Shown here: piece by piece, positions 29,251-39,226 of the stretch
How the letters are laid out: every line of letters starts with the position of its first letter
Position numbering within the stretch: the stretch's first letter is position 1
Origin: Eledone cirrhosa
Taxonomy: Eukaryota
Direction of reading: 5' to 3'
Assembly: GCA_964016885.1 (NCBI GenBank)
Contig: OZ024740.1
Location: forward strand, 106,392,001 to 106,456,000
DNA: 64,000 nt
Program-made: the position numbers and the translations under genes
Notes under the pieces: generated by a model
The model's input: only the letters and a program-made list of their open reading frames with translations
Told to the model about the DNA's origin: nothing
The model's database searches: none

Positions 29251-29440
29251 CGGTGGATTGGCAGTATCCGTAGAGGATCGGACGCCATGCTTTGACGCAT
29301 GGAGTAACGGCCCTTGTCATTCTGAGTTCAAATCCCGCCGAGGTTAACTTTGCCTTTCATCCTTACGGGGTCGATAAAACAAAGTACCAGTAATGCACTG
29401 GGTAATTGCTGGCCTCGTGTCAAAAGTAGAAACAATTATA
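29251..29440 (+). mobile_element. Near full-length tRNA-derived Nin-type SINE
   Basis: Same head, Nin-like domain and tail as the 28840 copy. Confidence 0.85.
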
Positions 29441-29542
29441 TTTTTTATATTACGTTTTATATTTTATATCATGTTTTATAGATTTCACTTATTCCCTGTG
29501 ATACCGTAATTCCATTTAAACACTCCCCAGATTTATGTACAT

Positions 29543-29992
29543 ACTAGCAGAGGTACCCGGCGTTGCTCGGGTATTAAATAGCAGTTGTGTATACCATTTA
29601 TATCAATACTTCAGTGCTGCTTCGAAAACTATACTTTTACAAAATCATCGGCTTTTTCCAAAAGGGGGTTCCTGCCTCCAGGAGTCCCCTACTCAATATG
29701 TGCCAATTCTGAGAGTTCACATTCATCTGTAGAACAAACGTAGCCCATGTGTCAAGTTTTGTGAAAATCGGTTGCGAACTCCAGAAGTTATGACGTTTTG
29801 TTGCATTACACTGCAGTGCTTCAGTCGACTCCAAGAAAGTGGTTAAAGGGGGTAATCTGCCGGGAGGCTCTATAATCATTATCTGGAAAAATGACAGTGC
29901 CCATGACCATCCGGAGTACATAAGTAACTTATGTTTTAAGTTTGGTGAAAATACTGTAGAAATGCATAAGGTTTATACATACGCGCGTGCGT

Positions 29993-30041
<49 letters not shown>

Positions 30042-30050
30042 TTTGTATGT
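29543..30050 (-). mobile_element. Non-autonomous Helitron-like element (3' end at 29543)
   Basis: Minus strand ends CCCGAGCAACGCCGGG-TACCTCTG-CTAG, i.e. subterminal hairpin plus CTAG, matching the end at 59658-59685. Left end is firm; right end is approximate, within (GT)n. Confidence 0.6.
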
Positions 30051-30159
30051 ATTTGTGTGTGCGTATGTAGGTGTATGTCCGTCGGGGCATACATATGTAC
30101 TGGCCTAAATCTTCACTATTTACTTTTACTATTTTAATAACCTCTGTCATTTTCGTTTT

Positions 30160-30430
30160 CAATTTTATTTACAACATTCTGAAACTCCGAGGCTGGAAAT
30201 CATTCTGTTATTTTTTAATAGAATATTAGTCTAACGACTCCATTTATACCATAAACTTGGTCTTGTCTTTGCATGAAATTGTTCTTCACGCTCCACATAA
30301 CGACGTATTATCCTCGCTTTTTTCCCATTCATTGCCAGGGACCGTCTTCACGAACCAAAATATCGTCTTCCTGTTTTCGTTCGTTTGCAACGTTTCTCGA
30401 AATATTTAATTCTGCGTTCACAGATTACTC
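30160..30430 (+). mobile_element. Diverged copy of the PLE terminal repeat found at 47170-47625 / 48481-48812
   Basis: Colinear similarity, e.g. TATACCATAAAC.TGGT.CTGTCTTTGC...CACGAACCAAA.TATCGTCTTCCTG...TTCTGCGTT.ACAGATT. Confidence 0.75.
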
Positions 30431-31113
30431 TCAGTTCAATTTGAATGGGAAATTCCTGTTTCATCTATTTTCTCCGTAACCATGGAAGCTTGTAGCTTGA
30501 AAGTTGAGCCAACGCCTCCTCGGGTCATTCTGCATAACTGTGTACATTTTCGCTGCATTCCACCAAGCCGTTTCTACGTTTATCCGACTACACCTACTTA
30601 CTTAAATATACAACGTCCGACCACTTCTAATTTATATAGTAGATTCATTTATTTGTTTGTTTATTTGCAACGTTTTATGTTTCAGCCTTTAACGTCTATC
30701 CTTTTTACTTTTTTATATTTATTCTCACTTATTCTTCAATCACCCCGAAATACCGGATATTCTTTTTACTACCTATCCGATCTGTGACCCCTCCTCCTGT
30801 TTCGCTATTACCTCTCATCATTCCTTAAATCTTACCCCCACCCACCCCTCATATTACCACATACACGCCAATCTGTCCACTATTAAAATGGTCAACACTT
30901 CACTCTATCCCTACCTATACCATCGAATGTACCCCACCACCATTCATTCATTCATTTTCTTCGTTCTGCATCTTCCCTTCCTCTCTCCCCGCTCTTTACA
31001 TATTTTTCTTCCCAAAATAACCAATCAAAACAAAGAACTGACCACCACAAATAAATGAGAATGAATGTATTTTTTTTTAAGCTGTACGCGAAACATTCTG
31101 TCATTAAGCAACC

Positions 31114-31217
31114 TGAAGTCTGATGAGTTTTTATTCCAGAGTCGGGTTCAGCTCAAGATTCGATCGATAGAGATCGAACCTTGAGCTGATCAATCGCGAA
31201 ACGCACGTCACGCTTCA
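31114..31217 (+). ncRNA. Type I hammerhead ribozyme motif with long stem II
   Basis: TGAAGT-CTGATGA(31120-26); stem II contains TCAGCTCAAG.TTCGATC/GATCGAA.CTTGAGCTGA; GAAAC-GCAC-GTC (cut after 31209); ACGCTTCA; then AATAAA. The proximal stems are imperfect. Confidence 0.65.
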
Positions 31218-31261
31218 ATAAATTTAATGATAATTTGACACCTCGTCCATACTTATTATTA

Positions 31262-31405
31262 CTAGAGTTATGTCCCTTTTCGTTCTGAGTTCAAATCCTG
31301 CCGAGGTTAACTTTGCCTTTCATCCATACGGGGTCGATAAAATAAAGTACCAGTAATGCACTGGAATAATTGCTGGCCTTGTACTAAAAGTAGAAACAAT
31401 TATTA
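31262..31405 (+). mobile_element. Nin-type SINE (5'-truncated)
   Basis: CTGAGTTCAAATCCTGCCGAGGTTAACTTTGCCTTTCATCCATACGGGGTCGATAAA. Confidence 0.85.
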
Positions 31406-31454
31406 CTATATATATATATATACATATATATCCTTCTCTGGGGCAAATAGGCTG

Positions 31455-31535
31455 CATTGAGACTTGCAGAGACCTGTATTGAGACCTGTATTGAGACCTG
31501 TATTGAGACCTGTATTGAGACCTGTTGAGACCTGC
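31455..31535. repeat. 12-bp minisatellite (GAGACCTGTATT)n, ~6 copies
   Basis: Read directly from the sequence. Confidence 0.9.
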
Positions 31536-31826
31536 AACACCCAAGAAGGTCACAGTGGGATTTGAACAAGGAACGCAGGCAGCCAGAAAAACACCGCAAA
31601 TATCGTCCTACACTCTAATAATTTTACCAATCCACCGCTGTTGACTGGTAGTTTATTTTACTGATTCGAAATGATAAAAAGGCAAAAATAGCCTCGGCAG
31701 AATTTGAACTCAGCACACCGGAACAAATATTAAAACATTTTATAGATGCTCTAATGACTCTGTCAATTCACCTACCATGTTGTCAACCTCCTCACGATGG
31801 AACCTGGAAACTGATCATTGATCTTG

Positions 31827-31896
31827 AGAAGAAGAAGAAGAAGAAGAAGAAGAAGAAGAAGAAGAAGAAGAAGAAGAAGAAGAAGAAGAAGAAGAA
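31827..31896. repeat. (GAA)n microsatellite
   Basis: Read directly; explains the poly-Leu pseudo-ORF. Confidence 0.98.
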
Positions 31897-32285
31897 CCAT
31901 GCGGCTTAATAAACCAAATCGCCCCGATAAAGATCTTAGTCGAATAGAAGCAAGCAAATCAGCGTGACGAATTTATCTTTCTACACCTTTCACATTTGAA
32001 ATTTTCATTTAAGAACTTATTCTAAATTGATTAATTTGAAAGGTTGACATCTTTTAGTTCAAAATGAAATCACCGTCAACGAAGGAACCTTTACATTGTC
32101 ACACACCATGTTAGAAATAGTAGCTAAATCTCTTCAAATCTCATTCTACCGTCTTAAAATACAAGTAACATATAGTCGTGCAGTAACGGTATGTGAAGTA
32201 ATGACGGATTGTCGCGGCTGGAACACCTTTGACCATAACTCTACTCAATCAGATCTAATCTGAGGTGTAACAACAACAACAAAAA

Positions 32286-32327
<42 letters not shown>

Positions 32328-32489
32328 AGGATACCATCTAATGTCGTGAATTACATTAAAGCAAGTCTGGAAATATATTTTTTATAGAGAATTAATTCAA
32401 TAGTTCAACGGCTTGTTGCGTCATTTCTTTTGTACAATAATTGATAAATCAACAACAGCTGGTAATATAATCTGTATATTGATAACTAA

Positions 32490-32800
32490 TGTGAAGGCGC
32501 GTGGCTTAATGGTTAGAGTATTCGGCTTATGGTCGTGAGTTCGATTCCCGGCGGCGCGCGTGTCCTTAAGCAAGACACTTTATTTCATGTTGCTCCAGTC
32601 CACTCAGCTGACAAAAATTAGTTGTATCTTAATTGGAAGGGCGACATTCTGTGTCACACCGAATCTCCCTGAGAACTACGTTAAGGGTACATGTGTCTGT
32701 GGAATGCTCAATCACTTACATGTTAATTTCACGATCAGGCTGTTCCGTTGATCGTATCAACTGGAAAACTCGTTGTTGTAACTGACCGAGTGTCAGTTGT
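32490..32800 (+). mobile_element. tRNA-derived CORE-type SINE
   Basis: A-box TGGCTTAATGG, B-box GTTCGATTCC, CORE-like GTGTCCTTAAGCAAGACACTT, (GTT)-like tail. Confidence 0.75.
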
Positions 32801-32979
32801 TGTTTTTTATGACTCTAAACAGAAGGATGTGGTTGATTCTAATTATGGTGAGATGAAAAGCGGCCTTGTAATCTTTAAAGAGAATTAGCATAATTTATTT
32901 GCCGAAAATGTAAGCATTACTGAATTGAAATACCCATTCTTTGATGAGTTGACAGTGTAAATATCGATATTAAATGTAA

Positions 32980-33066
32980 TAAATAATTGTTTCTACGTTA
33001 GGCACAAGGCCAGCAATTACCCAGTGTATTACTGGTACTTTATTTTATCGACCCCGTAAGGATGAA
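32980..33066 (-). mobile_element. Nin-type SINE 3' fragment
   Basis: Reverse complement of TTCATCCTTACGGGGTCGATAAAATAAAGTACCAG...GCTGGCCTTGTGCC. Confidence 0.8.
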
Positions 33067-33069
33067 GTG

Positions 33070-33530
33070 TAGATGTTACCTTCAGCATTCAGTCGTCAGG
33101 AAAAGAGAAGTAGGTGTAAAAGCCAAACTCGCTACCTTCAATTTGGTGTTCGTCACAGACCTTGCCTTTGGACATGAATCTTGTGTATTGACGCAAGGAT
33201 ACAATTGCGAATAAAAGCGACCGAAATGTGGTTCCTCCGAGGGGTGTTTGGGGTAATGTTACTCGAGAGCCGCTACTTCTCCGAATTGATAGATCACAGC
33301 TCCGATATTACTGACATGTGGTTAGAATGCCTCAGGAAACAATCGCTAGACAGAGAAGAAACCAAGGATAGACTCTGAGCAAGATAACTGGATAATATCC
33401 ATGAGATCAGCTGGTCTCGCTTGGGAATCTATCCGGATCAATTGGAGATAGTTGCTTCTGTTTGGACCTGCTGGATGGAGAGTTTTAGGACTCTGCCCTC
33501 ACGACCCTCCCGGAAGAAGAAGTAGTTCTT
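33070..33530 (+). mobile_element. Degenerate 3' fragment of an RTE-clade LINE (Expander/Rex3-like)
   Basis: Translates across frameshifts as LQHSVVRKREVGVKAKLATF...LAFGHES...RIKATEMWFLR...ISWSRLGIYPDQLE...LPSRP. Confidence 0.75.
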
Positions 33531-33873
33531 AACCAGACACCTATGACTGAGTTGATATATTGTTGGGGTATTTTTTCTATATATATATAAATGGAATAGA
33601 ATGAAAGACATTTCATTTCTCACTCTTAGTACGGTACTTACTTAAATGTAAGTATGTATGTATGTATGTATGTATGTATACGTACATACATATATGTATA
33701 CAGACGTACAGTAGTATGTATATATATACACACATATATATATGCACGTATCGGTTTACCGAACATTTATTATAATGCTCGGTTTGTTTGTTTGTAAACA
33801 AACAAACAGCCCGAATTACGCCGTACAGTGTTTAGGCAACCACGTCACCTTTTTGTTCAACACTGACACAGGA

Positions 33874-33916
33874 ACGATGTACTAGTTTCAAGCTTATTAG
33901 CTATCGTCAGCATCGT
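33874..33916 (-). ncRNA. Minimal type I hammerhead ribozyme motif
   Basis: Minus strand reads ACGAUG-CUGACGA-U AGCU AAUA AGCU U-GAA-ACUAGU-A-CAUCGU: 6-bp stem I, palindromic stem III, GUA cleavage triplet. Confidence 0.85.
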
Positions 33917-34085
33917 ATACCTTCCTGCCAGATGGTTGAACGTCGGAAAGTATATACTTTCCTTATGCATATTAACGGCTGAGCAGCCTAATTTGCATAT
34001 CGAGTGAGTTCAGTCGACCGGGCACACCGAAAACGATAAATGGAATATATATATATATATATATATATATATTGCGAAATATATA

Positions 34086-34818
34086 TATATTGCGAAACGG
34101 TTCTATCAAAAACCGTCCAGGTGATGGGTAGTTACCACAATACTGGTTTGTATTTATTTTTCTTGATTTATTATTAAACTGAGTCTAGCAAACCCTTTTG
34201 TCTGTAGTTAGTATTTTTTCACCTTAGCGATTCTGGTCCATTATGATTTGAACACATATGTGTATATGTCTGTGTTCGTTTTTCTTTTTTGTTCAGTTAT
34301 ACTATACGGCTCGGAAAAACCTTTTTCTTAGAGCTAATTTACTGTATTGAGACAATTTTGAGTTTCTAACTCAATAATTGCCTTTGATATATTCGGCTCC
34401 GTTAATTCGTAGAGTTAATTCAAATGTCGTGTAGACCCGGCTGCTATCTTTAGTGGCGTGACTCTGCGCGACGCGCTAAGTTCGGAAACCATTTGCGTTA
34501 CATATACACACACTATCCAGTTCTTTATTTTATTTAGAAGTGATCAGGATACTAATTCTTCACCCGATGATGAGCTAGGAATTTGGTATACCTCTTCACA
34601 AATAATATTGCGAAACGGTTCTATCAAAAACCGTCCGGGTGATGGGTAATTACTACAATACTGGTTTGTATTTATTTTTCTTGTTATATTCTTAAATTGA
34701 GTCTAGCAAATCCTATTGTCTGTAGTTAGTAGTTTTATCACCTTAGCGATTCTGGTCCATTACGATTTGAACACATACATGTATATGTCTGTGTTCGTTT
34801 TTCTTTTTTGTTCAGTTA

Positions 34819-34825
<7 letters not shown>
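34086..34825 (+). mobile_element. Non-coding ~518-bp unit with ~220-bp terminal direct repeats and an HHR-like motif (retrozyme-like or PLE pLTR-derived)
   Basis: 34086-34306 repeats at 34605-34825 (offset 518-519). Flanked by (TA)n on both sides. Confidence 0.75.
34560..34642 (+). ncRNA. Hammerhead-like motif with a mutated core (AUGAUGA)
   Basis: TCACCCG-ATGATGA-GC...GC-GAAACGGTT-CTATCAAA-AACCGTC-CGGGTGA. Stems I and III are perfect; C3 is replaced by A. Confidence 0.65.
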
Positions 34826-34871
<46 letters not shown>

Positions 34872-34918
34872 TATTAATTCAAAATATTAATAAATATAGA
34901 CATTCATGTAATCAAATA

Positions 34919-34984
34919 TATTTTATTATATATATTTCAGAGCTCCTGTGCTGTTTCCTCAGTACGTCCTCATCAGATAAAATA
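34919..34984 (-). ncRNA. Type I hammerhead ribozyme motif (inverted pLTR copy)
   Basis: Reverse complement of 37964-38029 with one substitution. Confidence 0.75.
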
Positions 34985-35421
34985 AATTGATGTCTGACAT
35001 ACCTCAACTGTGCTGATGGTTCAATTCCAGTCTTGGCAGTGATTAGTTATGACAAAACTCAATATTTATATACCATAAGTTGTAACATGACAAACTACGT
35101 ATAATTGAGAGGGTGAGTAGGAAAACGTGTAGAAAAATATAAAATAAATACATATATATATAAGTAAAATACATAAACACAAAAGTACATAGCTGTTAAA
35201 TATTTAAATAATTAAATATGTAAATATCCGTATTAGAGAAAAAAAAACAAATGAGAGAGAGAGAGAGAGAGAGCTAAAGAGAGGAGAAAAGGAAAAGATA
35301 GAGAGATGAAGATAAAAACGAAGAAAGGGAGATATAGATGGTATAAAATAATTACATAAGGAAAAGAAGAATAGAGGTATATGATGCGTGACCGTTTATT
35401 TTCCAATATTAAGTTAGGAGA

Positions 35422-36750
35422 TTACCGGTGGTTTATATAGAGATGATGTATTATTTACTGTAGTTAAACATAGCAATAGTGAATTAAATAGAGTAAAGAA
35501 AACAATTATAGAATTCTTTAAAAATTACGACCTGAAATTAGAAGTAGAAAGTAACAGTAAAGTAGTTAACTTCCTAGACGTAACCCTCAATTTAAACTCA
35601 GGCCTATATTACCCCTTCCATAAACCCAATGAAAACCTAAATTATGTTAGTTTTTATTCCAATCATCCTAAATGTGTTAAAAATACAATAGTCAATAGTG
35701 TTCAACAACGTTTAACTAGATTATCTGCTAACAAATCCATTTTTAATAGTAAAGCTGGATATTATAATGAAGTGTTGCATAAGGCAGGATATAAAAATAA
35801 TATTGAATATGTAGAAAATAATAATTGTAATTATAAACTAAATATTCATAATAATAGGAATAAATAAAGCAGAAATAAAAATAAAAATAATATAAATATA
35901 AATAAAAATACCAATTTCGTGAATAAATCGGGGAAAAAATTAGAACTAGATCTATTATTTGTTATGCCCCACCAGCATCTTTAGCTATTAAAACACCCTT
36001 AGCACAACTATTTTTTAAAGCATTAGATAAATGTTTCCCTAGAACACATAAATATCACTCTATCTTCAATAGACACACAGTTAAACTATCTTACTCAACA
36101 ACTATGAATATGGCTCAAAATATTGCAAAAATAAATAGCAGAATTCTTAGTTATTACCAACAGATAATTAGTGATAATGACAATATTAATAATAATAATA
36201 CTATAGTTACAGAGAATAACAATAACATTAATTTAAGCACTTACAGTAGAACACCTACAAATATTAACAATGATAATGCGAACAGTTTAGATTATAGAAA
36301 TAGTATGAAATCGAACTGTAACTGTAGAAGAAAATCTGAATGCCCTTTGCAAAATAACTGCCTTGATAAGAATTTAGTATATAAAAGTACCTTTAAATCA
36401 AATAATAATATTACCTATAACTACATAGGTGCAACTTCATCGAACTTTAAACTGAGATTTTCCGATCATAAACATTCTTTTTCTAATCCGGATAAGAAAT
36501 TTTCTACTTCTTTATCACAATTAAATCTTTAATAGAGAAAAATATAAAATACTCAATCTTTTGGACTAAACTTCGAAACTGTGAAGTTTATCGTAATAAT
36601 TCCATCTCACCTAACTGCAATCTTTGCAATACCGAGACTCTATTAATAATTGCTAACTATGGTAATTTAATTAATAAAAAAAGTGAGTTATTCTCAAATT
36701 GCCTCCATAAATCTGCAACAACATTTCAAGCATCATATAAAATTAGGAAA
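35422..36750 (+). pseudogene. PLE reverse transcriptase C-terminal part plus GIY-YIG endonuclease, disrupted (tentatively Hydra-clade-like)
   Basis: GLYRDD...VNFLDVTLNL...PFHKPN...SNHP; linker CNCRRKSECPLQNNC; LVYK...YIGATSSNFKLRFSDHKHSF; CNLC. Stops and frameshifts present. Confidence 0.85.
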
Positions 36751-37963
36751 TAACATTGACTGAGTGAGAAAAGTTATTGACTCTTATTAATAATTCTTGT
36801 AATGCTTTTATTATTGCTATTATTGTTATTATTGATATTGTGTATAATGTTTCTACCTCACCTTAGGAAATGCATACCTGTTCTTTAAAAGAGTATGATA
36901 ATCTCTTGATTGTTTAAATAACTTTAGTTTCGATTTAGAATCCTCTTTTTAAATACTGTATTTTATAAATTTGAGATCTGTAATATCTTCAGACTTTTAA
37001 ACCGTTTAATTAATTTAAACGTTTGGATACGGCGTACGAAGATAGTGTTTACATTTCTCGTGTATAAGTTTCGTTTTAGCTAAATTGATTAATAATCTGT
37101 ATTTAACTTTATTTATAGTATTGAATACAGTAAAATTTGGTTGAATCGAAATAATAATACTCTCAAGTGTAAATATAACTAATAATTAATCCTATATGTA
37201 ATTAACAAATATTGATTTAAATAGTATTGTTTATAATATTTATATTTCTAAACATATAAAATGCATATACAGATGCTAATATCCAAGTAAGTTAAGTTTA
37301 ATAATATCATATTTACTATATTTGTAAGCACCATTGTTAGTTAATAATATTTTGAATTTTGAATTTTATAACTAAATTATTGAATGTATTTACTAATTTA
37401 AATATGCTCCAGATTATCATTGAAAATATGTTATATTATCATATATCACTCTATATTGTTTAAATTTTGATATAATATAATAGTATAATTTCTTTCAAAT
37501 ATTATAGAGTAAAAATTTCACGGTATTTAATTGATCGTTTCTACCTAACTTAATATTGGAGAAAAAAAACGGTCACGCATCATATACCTCTATTCTCCTT
37601 ACATAATTATTTTATACCATCTATATCTCCCTTTCTTCGTTTTTATCTTCATCTCTCTATCTTTTCCTTTTCTCCTCTATTTAGCTCTCTCACTCATTTG
37701 TTGTTTTTTTCTCTAATACGGATATTTACATATTTAATTATTTAAATATTAACAGTTATGTACTTTTGTGTTTATGCATTTTACTTATCTATATATGTAT
37801 TTATTTTATTTTTTTCTACACGTTTTCCTACTCACCCTCTCAATTATACGTAGTTTGTCATGTTACAACTTATGGTATATAAATATTGAGTTTTGTCATA
37901 ACTAATCACTGCCAAGACTGGAATTGAACCATCAGCACAGTTGAGGTATGTCAGACATCAATT

Positions 37964-38029
37964 TATTTTATCTGATGAGGACGTACTGAGGAAACAGCAC
38001 AGTAGCTCTGAAATATATATAATAAAATA
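37964..38029 (+). ncRNA. Type I hammerhead ribozyme motif in PLE pLTR
   Basis: TATTTTAT-CTGATGA-GGACGTACTG...CAGTAGCTCT-GAAA-TATATA-TA (cut after 38021)-ATAAAATA. Confidence 0.8.
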
Positions 38030-38169
38030 TATTTGATTACATGAATGTCTATATTTATTAATATTTTGAATTAATATTAATAACTCCAGAAAACTTCTTT
38101 GTTGAGTGCTTCTAATCTATTGTAAAACTATATTAATTGATTAATCAATGAACCTTGTTTAACTTTTGG

Positions 38170-38230
<61 letters not shown>

Positions 38231-38232
<2 letters not shown>

Positions 38233-39130
38233 ATTGTTCTATATATAAAATATTGTTCTACCAATAACAATATCTTGTGAGTTCCCTCTGTTTCGGAAAT
38301 TTTAGCATCTTTACATTGAGGAGTCAGCAAGTCGAAAAATATATTTTATACTTAAGAAAATTAACAAAGAAAATACAAGACCGAAACAAAACAAAATGAA
38401 AAACAATTTTTAAGAGGAACATAACAAATTTTTTTTAAAAATAAATATACAACCGAAGGACAGAACTCCTGGTCATCGGCCCTTGAGATGGAATTAGGCA
38501 GTTTTGACCCCTACCGACGGTGCTGTTGGTCCATCTGGTGTCAGCGTCGGACAAAAGCCAAAAGTTTTCCAAAGAAGTGAGAGACGTATGCCGATATCTT
38601 CATTATATTTACTCCCATGTTCAAAAACATAGGTTGGTGCAGTGCTGTATTTAGTATTCCCCACTGCCTTCCACTGTCCATCCCTCTAGCAGTTTTTGTG
38701 ACAGGACACCTGACATGCAACATATGTTTGGGTCCAGCCTCGCACTTATTCGTGGACAGCTGATCTCTTGTATATTTGGTTAAATAATTAATTGGTTGAT
38801 TAACTGATTGATTTATTAAGACTGCCCCAGTGACGAACGTTCCTATCTTGGCGTGCTAATTATTCATTTAATTGGGACAATTAACCCGTTTCTTCAGAAC
38901 TAGAAACAGTAGTTATCTGGACATGTTAGTAGAATGCTGTATTGCTAATATAAAATAAGTAATATTTCATTGTTCTAACTGATTGTGTATTCTATATGAT
39001 TGTTGTACAAAATATCCAATTCCTTGCACCAATATCGATATCTTGTGAGTTCCATCTGTTTTGGAAATTCTAGCGCCTTTACATTAAAGGGTTATAGGTC
39101 GGCAAGTCGGTATATATTTTTATATACCGA
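38231..39130 (-). mobile_element. Old non-coding element with diverged terminal direct repeats (offset 768) and a decayed HHR-like motif at 38821-38910
   Basis: 38260-38350 resembles 39029-39128. Minus strand has ACTGTTTCTAGTT-CTGAAGA...GGAACG-TT-CGTC-ACTGGGGCAGT. (TA)n flanks. Confidence 0.5.
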
Positions 39131-39170
39131 TATCTTTATTATATATATCTTTGTTATATATATATATCTT

Positions 39171-39224
<54 letters not shown>

Positions 39225-39226
<2 letters not shown>

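Larger units (their letters stand above)
34871..38170 (+). mobile_element. 5'-truncated Penelope-like element with inverted 5' pseudo-LTR, inserted in (TA)n
   Basis: 34871-35418 is the inverted repeat of 37544-38077. It encloses a degenerate RT plus GIY-YIG region. (TA)n lies at both ends. Confidence 0.9.

Noticed and set aside
30470-30525. AAGCT-TGT-AGCTT-GAAAGTTG-AGC-CAAC as a hammerhead
   Set aside because: Stem II- and III-like hairpins are present, but the CUGANGA core and cleavage triplet are unrecognisable.
32490-32560. tRNA gene
   Set aside because: A and B boxes are present but there is no complete cloverleaf; it continues into a SINE body.
33088-33105. CTGACGA on the minus strand
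   Set aside because: Inside the RTE coding remnant, with no GAAA or stem partner.
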